A DNA stretch of 32,000 bases, taken from NCBI RefSeq assembly GCF_001457615.1, contig NZ_LN831024.1:2040001-2072000 (forward strand). Direction: 5' to 3'. Every line of letters begins with the position of its first letter. The first letter of the stretch is position 1. Source of the DNA: Pseudomonas aeruginosa (GTDB taxonomy: Bacteria > Pseudomonadota > Gammaproteobacteria > Pseudomonadales > Pseudomonadaceae). This document shows, one piece after another, positions 19,128-25,594 of this stretch. A program made the position numbers and the translations under genes. Under the pieces are notes generated by a model, which saw nothing but the letters and a program-made list of their open reading frames with translations, was not told where the DNA came from and did not search any database.

Positions 19128-20647
19128 CCGAACACACCGCTCCGACGGCGCCCGTCGCCGATGTCTGCCTGCTGCTGGAGGGCACCTGGCCCTATGTCCG
19201 CGGCGGCGTCTCCAGCTGGGTCAACCAGTTGATCCTCGGTCTCCCCGACCTGACCTTCTCGGTGTTCTTCATCGGCGGCCAGAAGGATGCCTACGGCAAG
19301 CGCCACTACCCGATCCCGGACAATGTGCTGCACATCGAGGAACACTTCCTGGAAACCGCCTGGAGTTCGCCGAACCCGCAGACGCGACAGGGCAGTAGCG
19401 AGACCGAAAAGGCGTTGCGCGATCTGCACCGTTTCTTCCACTACCCGGAGACGCCGGACGTGGAGGAGGGCGACGCGCTGCTCGACCTGCTCGCCGAGGG
19501 CCGCATCGGCCGCGAGGACTTTCTCCACAGCAAGGCCAGTTGGGAGGCGATCACCGCAGGCTACGAGCGCTATTGCACCGATCCGTCCTTCGTCAATTAC
19601 TTCTGGACCCTGCGCTCGATGCAGGCGCCGGTGTTCATGCTCGCCGAGGCGGCCCGGCGGATGCCGCGGGCGCGCATGCTGCACTCGATCTCCACCGGCT
19701 ACGCCGGCCTGCTGGGCTGCATCCTGCAACGTCGCTGGGGCTGCCGCTACCTGCTCAGCGAGCACGGCATCTACACCAAGGAGCGCAAGATCGACCTGGC
19801 CCAGGCCAACTGGATCGCGGAGAACCCCGACGAGCAGCTGAGTACCGGACTGGATGCCGAGGTCAGCTACATCCGTCGCTTGTGGATCCGCTTCTTCGAG
19901 CGTGTCGGCCTGCTCACCTATCGCGCCGCCAATCCGATCGTCGCCCTCTACGAAGGCAACCGCCAGCGCCAGGTACTCGATGGCGCCGAGCCACGGCGCA
20001 CCCGGGTGATCCCCAACGGCATCGACCTCGATGCCTGGGCCGGCGCCCTCGAACGGCGGCCGCCGGGGATTCCGCCGGTGGTCGGGCTGGTCGGCCGGGT
20101 AGTGCCGATCAAGGACGTGAAGACCTTCATCCGCGCCATGCGCGGGGTGGTCAGCGCGATGCCGGAGGCGGAGGGCTGGATCGTCGGTCCGGAGGAGGAA
20201 GACCCGGACTATGCCAGCGAATGCCGCAGCCTGGTGGCCAGCCTCGGCCTGCAGGACAAGGTGAAGTTCCTCGGTTTCCGTCGGATCGGCGAGGTCCTGC
20301 CGCAACTCGGCCTGATGGTCCTCACCTCGATCAGCGAAGCGCAGCCGCTGGTGATCCTCGAAGCCTGGGCTGCCGGCGCCCCGGTGGTGAGCAGCGACGT
20401 CGGCTCCTGCCGCGAACTGATCGAAGGCGCCGACGCCGAAGATCGCGCCCTGGGTCGCGCCGGGGAGGTGGTGGCGATCGCCGACCCGCAGGCCACTTCG
20501 CGGGCGATCCTCGCCCTGCTGCGCAATCCGCAGCGCTGGCAGGCGGCCCAGGCGGTCGGCCTGCAACGGGTCGAACGCTACTACACCGAGGCGCTGATGC
20601 TCGGACGTTACCGCGGGCTGTACCGCGAAGCCACGGAGATTGCATGA
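19124..20647 (+). CDS. pelF: PelF, cytoplasmic GT4-family glycosyltransferase (507 aa)
   Basis: Track ORF of 507 aa. It carries the GT4 E-x7-E motif (EAQPLVILEAWAAGAPVVSSDVGSCRELI) and has no TM segments. Length and position match PelF. Confidence 0.95.
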   Translation: MTEHTAPTAPVADVCLLLEGTWPYVRGGVSSWVNQLILGLPDLTFSVFFIGGQKDAYGKRHYPIPDNVLHIEEHFLETAWSSPNPQTRQGSSETEKALRDLHRFFHYPETPDVEEGDALLDLLAEGRIGREDFLHSKASWEAITAGYERYCTDPSFVNYFWTLRSMQAPVFMLAEAARRMPRARMLHSISTGYAGLLGCILQRRWGCRYLLSEHGIYTKERKIDLAQANWIAENPDEQLSTGLDAEVSYIRRLWIRFFERVGLLTYRAANPIVALYEGNRQRQVLDGAEPRRTRVIPNGIDLDAWAGALERRPPGIPPVVGLVGRVVPIKDVKTFIRAMRGVVSAMPEAEGWIVGPEEEDPDYASECRSLVASLGLQDKVKFLGFRRIGEVLPQLGLMVLTSISEAQPLVILEAWAAGAPVVSSDVGSCRELIEGADAEDRALGRAGEVVAIADPQATSRAILALLRNPQRWQAAQAVGLQRVERYYTEALMLGRYRGLYREATEIA

Positions 20648-20648
20648 C

Positions 20649-22019
20649 ATGGCCGGCATCGGCTTCGAACTGCGGAAGATCCTTTCCCGCGATTCCTATA
20701 CGGCGACCCTGCGCGCCTACCTCTACGCCGGGCTGATCAGCTCCGGTCCCTGGGTGCTGTCGATCGTCAGCGTGATGCTGATCGGCGTGCTGAGCCTCGG
20801 CGTGGTGGTGCCGGACGTGCTGGTCCGGCAGTTCCTGATCACGGTGACCTACCTGATGGCGCTGTCGCTGATCTTCACCGGGGGACTGCAACTGTTCTTC
20901 ACCCGCTTCATTTCCGATCGCCTGTTCGAGCGCAAGCACGAGGCGATCCTGCCCAACCTGGTGGGCGTGCTGTTGCTGGTGACGTTGGCGGCGGGCCTGC
21001 TCTCGGCGATATTGCTGGCGACCCTGTTCGATGAGCCGTTCGCCTACCGCCTGCTGGTGATGGCCAACTTCGTGGTGCTCTGCAACCTGTGGCTGGTGAT
21101 CATCTTCCTGTCGGGAATGAAGGCCTACAAACGCATCCTGCTGGTGATGTTCATCGGCTACGCGCTGATGGTCGCCTGTGCCTACCTGCTGCGTTTCATG
21201 CAGATGGACGGCCTGCTGCTGGCATTGCTGATCGGCCACGCCAGCCTGCTGTTCGTCTTCCTCTACGACATCCTCCGCGAGTACCCGGCCAGGCGCATGG
21301 TGGCCTTCGACTTCCTCGACCGCCGGCAGGTCTTCGTCAGCCTGCTGCTGACCGGCCTCTGCTACAACCTGGGGATCTGGATCGACAAGTTCATCTTCTG
21401 GTTCAACCCCTCCACCTCGGACCTGGTGATCGGCCCGCTGCGCGCCTCGATCCTCTACGACCTGCCGATCTTCCTCGCCTACCTGTCGATCATTCCCGGC
21501 ATGGCGGTGTTCCTGGTGCGCATCGAGACCGACTTCGCCGAGTGGTACGAGCGGGTCTACGAGGCGATCCGCGGCGGAGAGACCCTGCAGCATATCGGCC
21601 TGCTCAAGGAGCAGATGATCCTCGCCATCCGCCAGGGCCTGCTGGAAATCTGCAAGGTGCAGGGGCTGGCGGTGGTCCTGCTGTTCCTGCTGGCGCCGCA
21701 ACTGCTCGGCTGGCTGGGAATTTCCCGCTATTACCTGCCGCTGTTCTACATCGACCTGATCGGGGTGAGCATCCAGGTAGTGTTCATGGCCTTGCTCAAC
21801 GTCTTCTTCTACCTGGACAAGCGCCGCATCGTCCTCGAACTCTGCGTGCTGTTCGTGATCGTCAACGGCGCCCTGACCTTCGTCAGCCTGCTGCTCGGGC
21901 CGAGCTTCTTCGGCTACGGCTTCACCCTGTCGCTGCTGGTCTGCGTGCTGGTCGGGCTGTACCGCCTGACCACCGCGCTGGACGACCTGGAGTACGAGAC
22001 CTTCATGCTCAATCGCTGA
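20649..22019 (+). CDS. pelG: PelG, polytopic inner-membrane protein (456 aa), flippase/PST-like
   Basis: The track ORF starts at TTG 20640. I prefer the ATG at 20649 (MAGIGFELRK...), which lies 1 nt past the pelF stop (20645-20647) with GGAG at 20635-20638. The protein is hydrophobic throughout with about 12 TM segments. It is the last gene of the cluster and is followed by a strong terminator. Confidence 0.93.
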   Translation: MAGIGFELRKILSRDSYTATLRAYLYAGLISSGPWVLSIVSVMLIGVLSLGVVVPDVLVRQFLITVTYLMALSLIFTGGLQLFFTRFISDRLFERKHEAILPNLVGVLLLVTLAAGLLSAILLATLFDEPFAYRLLVMANFVVLCNLWLVIIFLSGMKAYKRILLVMFIGYALMVACAYLLRFMQMDGLLLALLIGHASLLFVFLYDILREYPARRMVAFDFLDRRQVFVSLLLTGLCYNLGIWIDKFIFWFNPSTSDLVIGPLRASILYDLPIFLAYLSIIPGMAVFLVRIETDFAEWYERVYEAIRGGETLQHIGLLKEQMILAIRQGLLEICKVQGLAVVLLFLLAPQLLGWLGISRYYLPLFYIDLIGVSIQVVFMALLNVFFYLDKRRIVLELCVLFVIVNGALTFVSLLLGPSFFGYGFTLSLLVCVLVGLYRLTTALDDLEYETFMLNR

Positions 22020-22051
22020 GGGGTTTCGCCGGCGGCAGGGTCTTTCAGAAA

Positions 22052-22088
22052 GGGCCGATTCACCCGGTTGAATCGGCCCCTTTTTTTG
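22052..22088. terminator. Bidirectional Rho-independent terminator for pelG (+) and the Xis-like gene (-)
   Basis: Perfect 11-bp stem: gggccgattca (22052-22062), loop cccggt, then tgaatcggccc (22069-22079). On the + strand it is followed by c and seven T (22081-22087). The upstream flank ...tttcagaaa supplies a weaker T-tract for the minus strand. Confidence 0.85.
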
Positions 22089-22290
22089 CTTCCTCGATGC
22101 GTTTTTGCAGCTTCTGCATATCCACCAGGCGTTGCGTACCGAAGGTTCGCATCGGCAGGTCGCCGCTCTCTATCCAGGCGTAGAGCAGGTCCGGCCGGTC
22201 GCTGAGGCCGGTCAGGAAGGCGAAACGCATCAGGGTTATATAGCGGGGGCACTCGGCGAAACCCTCTTGGGGGAGTTCTTCCACTTTCAT
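22060..22290 (-). CDS. Small DNA-binding protein, excisionase (Xis)/HTH_17-like (76 aa)
   Basis: Track ORF of 76 aa with an ATG at 22290 and AGGA 6 nt upstream. The core RYITLMRFAFLTGLSDRPDLLYAWIESGDLPMRTFGTQRLVDMQKL resembles the lambda-Xis/AlpA winged-helix pattern (Y-x-TL ... W-hydrophobic-xxG-x-hydrophobic-P ... G ... hydrophobic-V), and the tail is basic. The family call is from pattern memory only. The composition is visibly more AT-rich than the neighbouring genes. Confidence 0.5.
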   Translation of the reverse strand: MKVEELPQEGFAECPRYITLMRFAFLTGLSDRPDLLYAWIESGDLPMRTFGTQRLVDMQKLQKRIEEAKKGADSTG

Positions 22291-22351
22291 CAGGCGTCCT
22301 GCACCATGGTCCGATGTTGGAGGGGAACCCTCGGTCTAGAGGGCTTGGATT

Positions 22352-22386
22352 CATATTGATCTACTAACAGTTAGTGAATCAATATG
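22352..22386. promoter_or_regulatory. 35-bp near-perfect palindrome, a candidate operator in a divergent promoter region
   Basis: catattgatctactaac-a-gttagtgaatcaatatg: two 17-nt arms match at 15 of 17 positions around the centre at 22369. Each arm contains a TTGAT -35-like element. It lies between the Xis-like start (22290) and the HTH gene start (22416). Confidence 0.6.
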
Positions 22387-22415
22387 CATAGGGAACCATC
22401 AGACGCGGACTACAC

Positions 22416-22892
22416 ATGGTAAAGAATCGACGTTTGTTCACTGCTGGCAAGCGCTTGCGCGCCCTGCGCGAGCTGATGGGCTTGAGCCGTCCGCAGTTCG
22501 CCGAGTTGGTGGGGATGACGGCCAAGCGCCTGGAGAACATCGAGAACGAGCTGCAGCGCATGCACGACGAGGACTTCGAGAAGGTCTGCGGAACCTTCCC
22601 GGAGTTCAGCGACTGGATCGCCTATGAAGGCAGCATCGAGCCGCAGTCGATCGCCTGGAAGGTCGCCGACTCGGCGCAGGCGGCCGCGGTCTACCTGGTG
22701 GAGCGCAACCCGGTGCTGCTTGAGCAGCACGGCATCGACATGCAGGCCTGGCGCGAACGCCACCGCGAGATACGCGAGGCGCTGCTGGCGGCGGAACAGG
22801 CGCCGGAGGCGGAGCCGGCGCCCCTGGAAGAGCCGCCGGAACCCAGGCGCCAGCGGAAGAGGAAAACGCCCGCGAGCGGCAAGGGCGACTGA
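22416..22892 (+). CDS. XRE-type HTH protein, paralog 1 (158 aa), with a basic C-terminal tail
   Basis: Track ORF of 158 aa with an ATG start. The N-terminal stretch GKRLRALRELMGLSRPQFAELVGMTAKRLENIENE fits the Cro/C1 (XRE) helix-turn-helix pattern. The C-terminus is PEPRRQRKRKTPASGKGD. Confidence 0.75.
   Translation: MVKNRRLFTAGKRLRALRELMGLSRPQFAELVGMTAKRLENIENELQRMHDEDFEKVCGTFPEFSDWIAYEGSIEPQSIAWKVADSAQAAAVYLVERNPVLLEQHGIDMQAWRERHREIREALLAAEQAPEAEPAPLEEPPEPRRQRKRKTPASGKGD
22554..22661 (+). repeat. 108-nt near-identical block, copy 1 (its partner is at 23077-23184)
   Basis: cagcgcatgcacgacgaggacttcgagaaggtctgcggaacc...atcgcctggaag encodes QRMHDEDFEKVCGTFPEFSDWIAYEGSIEPQSIAWK. It differs from copy 2 at only 2 of 108 nt, and both differences are synonymous. 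Confidence 0.9.
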
Positions 22893-22929
22893 GGCGCATC
22901 GCGCCAGAAACGAAGGGAAGTATCCGTAC

Positions 22930-23406
22930 ATGGTCTATGTAGTGAGGAAGCGCTGCCTGTTTCGCGCCGGCGAGCGCCTGTTCGGGTTGCGCGGGCTGAC
23001 GGGGTTGAACCGACCGCAGTTTTCCGAGGTGGTCGGCATGGATCCCAAACGCCTTGAGAACATCGAGAGTGGCCGGCAGCGCATGCACGACGAGGACTTC
23101 GAGAAGGTCTGCGGGACCTTCCCGGAGTTCAGCGACTGGATCGCCTATGAAGGCAGCATCGAACCGCAGTCGATCGCCTGGAAGATCGCCGAGGCCGCCC
23201 AGGAAGCGGCGGTCTATCTGGTGGAGCGCAACCCCGAGCTGCTCGAACTCCACGGTCTCGACGTGCCGGCCTGGCGCGAGAAGCATCGGGAAATCCTCAA
23301 GAAGGTGCGCAAGCGGGAGTTGTCGCCGCCACCCGAAAAACCACCGAAACCCAGGCGCAAGCGCAAGCCGAGAAGCAACCTGCCCACACCCACCGACGGT
23401 ACCTGA
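22930..23406 (+). CDS. XRE-type HTH protein, paralog 2 (158 aa), with a basic C-terminal tail
   Basis: ATG at 22930 (MVYVVRKRCLFRAGERLFGLRGLTGLNRPQFSEVVGMDPKRLENIESG...) within the track ORF 22624-23406. The upstream part of that ORF is the out-of-frame 3' end of paralog 1. It is collinear with paralog 1 and ends ...KPPKPRRKRKPRSNLPTPTDGT. Confidence 0.75.
   Translation: MVYVVRKRCLFRAGERLFGLRGLTGLNRPQFSEVVGMDPKRLENIESGRQRMHDEDFEKVCGTFPEFSDWIAYEGSIEPQSIAWKIAEAAQEAAVYLVERNPELLELHGLDVPAWREKHREILKKVRKRELSPPPEKPPKPRRKRKPRSNLPTPTDGT
23077..23184 (+). repeat. 108-nt near-identical block, copy 2
   Basis: By direct comparison with 22554-22661 the only differences are GGA/GGG and GAG/GAA. The flanking coding sequence diverges much more. 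Confidence 0.9.
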
Positions 23407-23427
23407 GACCGGCTCCCTCTCCCCAGC

Positions 23428-23449
23428 CCTCTCCCGCAAGCGGGAGAGG
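23428..23449. repeat. REP-like intergenic hairpin
   Basis: cctctcccg-caag-cgggagagg forms a 9-bp perfect stem. The motif ...ccctctcccgcaagcgggagagg... is one I recognise as a common dispersed intergenic element in Pseudomonas. It lies between convergent genes. Confidence 0.55.
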
Positions 23450-23477
23450 CAACGGGGCTCCCGAAGCCCAGCGGTAG

Positions 23478-23504
23478 GGTGGATAACGCGCAGCGTTATC
23501 CGCC
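23478..23504. repeat. REP-like intergenic hairpin (GGATAACGC type)
   Basis: ggtggataacgc-gca-gcgttatccgcc has 12-nt arms with one mismatch. From memory, the ggataacgcgcagcgttatcc core is a frequent P. aeruginosa intergenic palindrome. Confidence 0.55.
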
Positions 23505-23522
23505 GTCAGCCCCAGGTGGGCC

Positions 23523-25427
23523 TCAGAACACCACTCCTACCGGATAGACGAAGGCGTTCACGTCGTAGAACGGCGTGCGCTGGTAGAACCATTGCAGGCG
23601 CGCCTGCGGATCGGCGGCGAAGGCCTTGTCCTCGCGCAGGCGTTTGTCGAAGGCGGCCTTCAGCGCCGGGTCTTCCGCCAGCATCTTGCGCGCCATCGGC
23701 TCCATCACGTATTCCTCCGGCTCCTCGGCGGCCACCAGGGTGGAATTGAAGAAGCCCCAGGACCAGAAGGAATCCGGACTCTGCGGTTGCAGCAGGTCGA
23801 TGGCCAGGACGCCCAGCGGCTGGGCGGTGTCGATCGACAGCGAGCCGGCCGGGAAGGTCTGCAGGCGCTGGAACGGCTTCGGCGTGCCGCTGACCAGCAG
23901 GCGACCTTCGTAGCCCGGAATCCGGTTGCCTTGCACGCGATCCGGTTCGAAGCCATCGGCGAGCTTGATGTCGTCCATGCGGTACAGGGTCACGGCGATT
24001 TCGGTCGGACGCTCCAGGGTGCTATAGCGGATGCCATGGGCCTTGATCCGGGCGATCACCTCGTGCCACTGCGCCGGGACGATGAAACGCTGGGGACGCG
24101 GCACCACCAGGTCGGGTACGCCGTTGTCGGTCACCGGTAGCTTCAGCGTCTTCGGCCGGTTGCTCCAGACGATGGTGCGGGCCCCGGTGACCGGCGATTG
24201 CTCGTAGCGGTAGTCGCCGACCACGAACGGCGTCTCGGCGGCCTCGCCTGGCTTCCAGGTGAGGATCACCTCCTTCTGCCGCAGCAGGCGCTCGCGGTCG
24301 CTGGCGATGGCCTGGCGCAGGCTGGCGGCCTGCTCGCCGATCACCTCGAACATCGCCTTGAGCATCACGTAGTTGCCCAGCACCTGGGTCTTGTACGGAT
24401 GCAGGGCGTGTTGCTCGATGAGGATCGACGGCACGTTGCGGATGTCGCCGTACTGGTTGGAGAAGCGCGCCAGGTCGGTGCGGTAGGGGTAGTAGCCCTG
24501 GGTCGGATCCTGGTTGTCGTTCAGGCTGATGCATTCATGGACCATGTGCCCGAGGCTTTCCAGCGCCTGGTACACCGGCTTGCGCATGACCTGGTCCATC
24601 CAGGCGCTGCTCGCCGGTGACCAGCCGTTGCCGTTGTGGCAGTAGGAGCTGTCGTAGGGATACATGGCGCCGTCGGTGGAGTGGGTGTCGGCGAAGAAGC
24701 TCAGCTCGTAGTGGTTGAACACCCAGGCGACGTTGCGGATCTCCGCGCTGTCGAGCTTGGTGAAGTCGCGGTTGAGATTGAGATTGCGGCCGTTCACCCG
24801 CCAGCCGGTCTCCTGCGGGCCGTTCTGGTTGATCCGCCCGTAGGCGCTGCGGCGCAGGTCGCCGTCGACGTTGACCACCGGGATGAACAGCAGGTTGATC
24901 TTCTCCAGCAGCCCGGCGAGCGGGCGGTCGGCAGCGCTCATGTCGCGCAGCAGCATGAACATGGCGTCCTTGCCGTTGGCCTCGCCGGGATGGATCTCGG
25001 CTTCCACCAGCAAGGTCGGCTTGGCGGAGCGCTTCAGGCCGGCGGCGGACTTGTCGGCCTCGGTGGAGGCGGTCACCAGCAGCATCGGGTGACCCTCGGC
25101 GCTGCGCTCGGGCAACTCGCGCAGGGCGATGCGGCCGGAGGAGGCGGCTACCAGTTTCTCCAGGTAGGCGCGGGTCTCACGGTAGTCGCTGGTGCGCTGA
25201 AAGTCGCTGCTCTCGGCCTGGGTGATCAAGGGGTCGCCGGGCTTGGCGAGGTAGCGCAGGCTGCCCAGCCTCTGCTCGAACATCGGTGGCAGGATGCGCT
25301 GGCGGGCCGCGGCCGGGTAGGCGCTGTCATCGATGTAGGCGGGCGCGTGGGGCAGCTCCGCGTGAGCGGGCAGGGCGCTCGCCAGCAGGACGCCGGCGAG
25401 TAGCGAACGGGGTAGGCAAGGGAACAC
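23523..25427 (-). CDS. Secreted M14-family zinc carboxypeptidase (634 aa)
   Basis: It lies within the 816-aa track ORF 23523-25973. I place the start at GTG 25427, with GGAGG 6 nt upstream, giving MFPCLPRSLLAGVLLASALPAHA|ELP (a signal peptide). The zinc motif is HPGEANGKD (HxxE) and the downstream histidine is in FADTHSTDG. The upstream 182 codons are Arg/Pro/Gly-rich junk. Confidence 0.8.
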   Translation of the reverse strand: MFPCLPRSLLAGVLLASALPAHAELPHAPAYIDDSAYPAAARQRILPPMFEQRLGSLRYLAKPGDPLITQAESSDFQRTSDYRETRAYLEKLVAASSGRIALRELPERSAEGHPMLLVTASTEADKSAAGLKRSAKPTLLVEAEIHPGEANGKDAMFMLLRDMSAADRPLAGLLEKINLLFIPVVNVDGDLRRSAYGRINQNGPQETGWRVNGRNLNLNRDFTKLDSAEIRNVAWVFNHYELSFFADTHSTDGAMYPYDSSYCHNGNGWSPASSAWMDQVMRKPVYQALESLGHMVHECISLNDNQDPTQGYYPYRTDLARFSNQYGDIRNVPSILIEQHALHPYKTQVLGNYVMLKAMFEVIGEQAASLRQAIASDRERLLRQKEVILTWKPGEAAETPFVVGDYRYEQSPVTGARTIVWSNRPKTLKLPVTDNGVPDLVVPRPQRFIVPAQWHEVIARIKAHGIRYSTLERPTEIAVTLYRMDDIKLADGFEPDRVQGNRIPGYEGRLLVSGTPKPFQRLQTFPAGSLSIDTAQPLGVLAIDLLQPQSPDSFWSWGFFNSTLVAAEEPEEYVMEPMARKMLAEDPALKAAFDKRLREDKAFAADPQARLQWFYQRTPFYDVNAFVYPVGVVF

Positions 25428-25594
25428 GATGAACCTCCATGTGGATGGGAACGGCCGCGGCGTGGGCGGGCCTGCGCGACGCGAGCCACGCGTCGTCGCG
25501 CAGCCAGTGCAGTGAAACGCCGGCGGCAGGCATCGGTGTTGACGCCGGGCAAGGCGCGGCGAAGCCGATGGCGAGAGCGCCGCCGGTGGATGGT

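Noticed and set aside
20640-20648. TTG start for pelG, giving 459 aa.
   Set aside because: The ATG three codons downstream (20649) is better placed relative to GGAG (20635-20638) and to the pelF stop, and it gives the 456-aa length I recall for PelG.
22893-22929. Small hairpin ggcgc-atc-gcgcc between the two HTH paralogs, considered as a terminator.
   Set aside because: The stem is only 5 bp, the loop is 3 nt, and there is no T-tract. The two genes are most likely co-transcribed.
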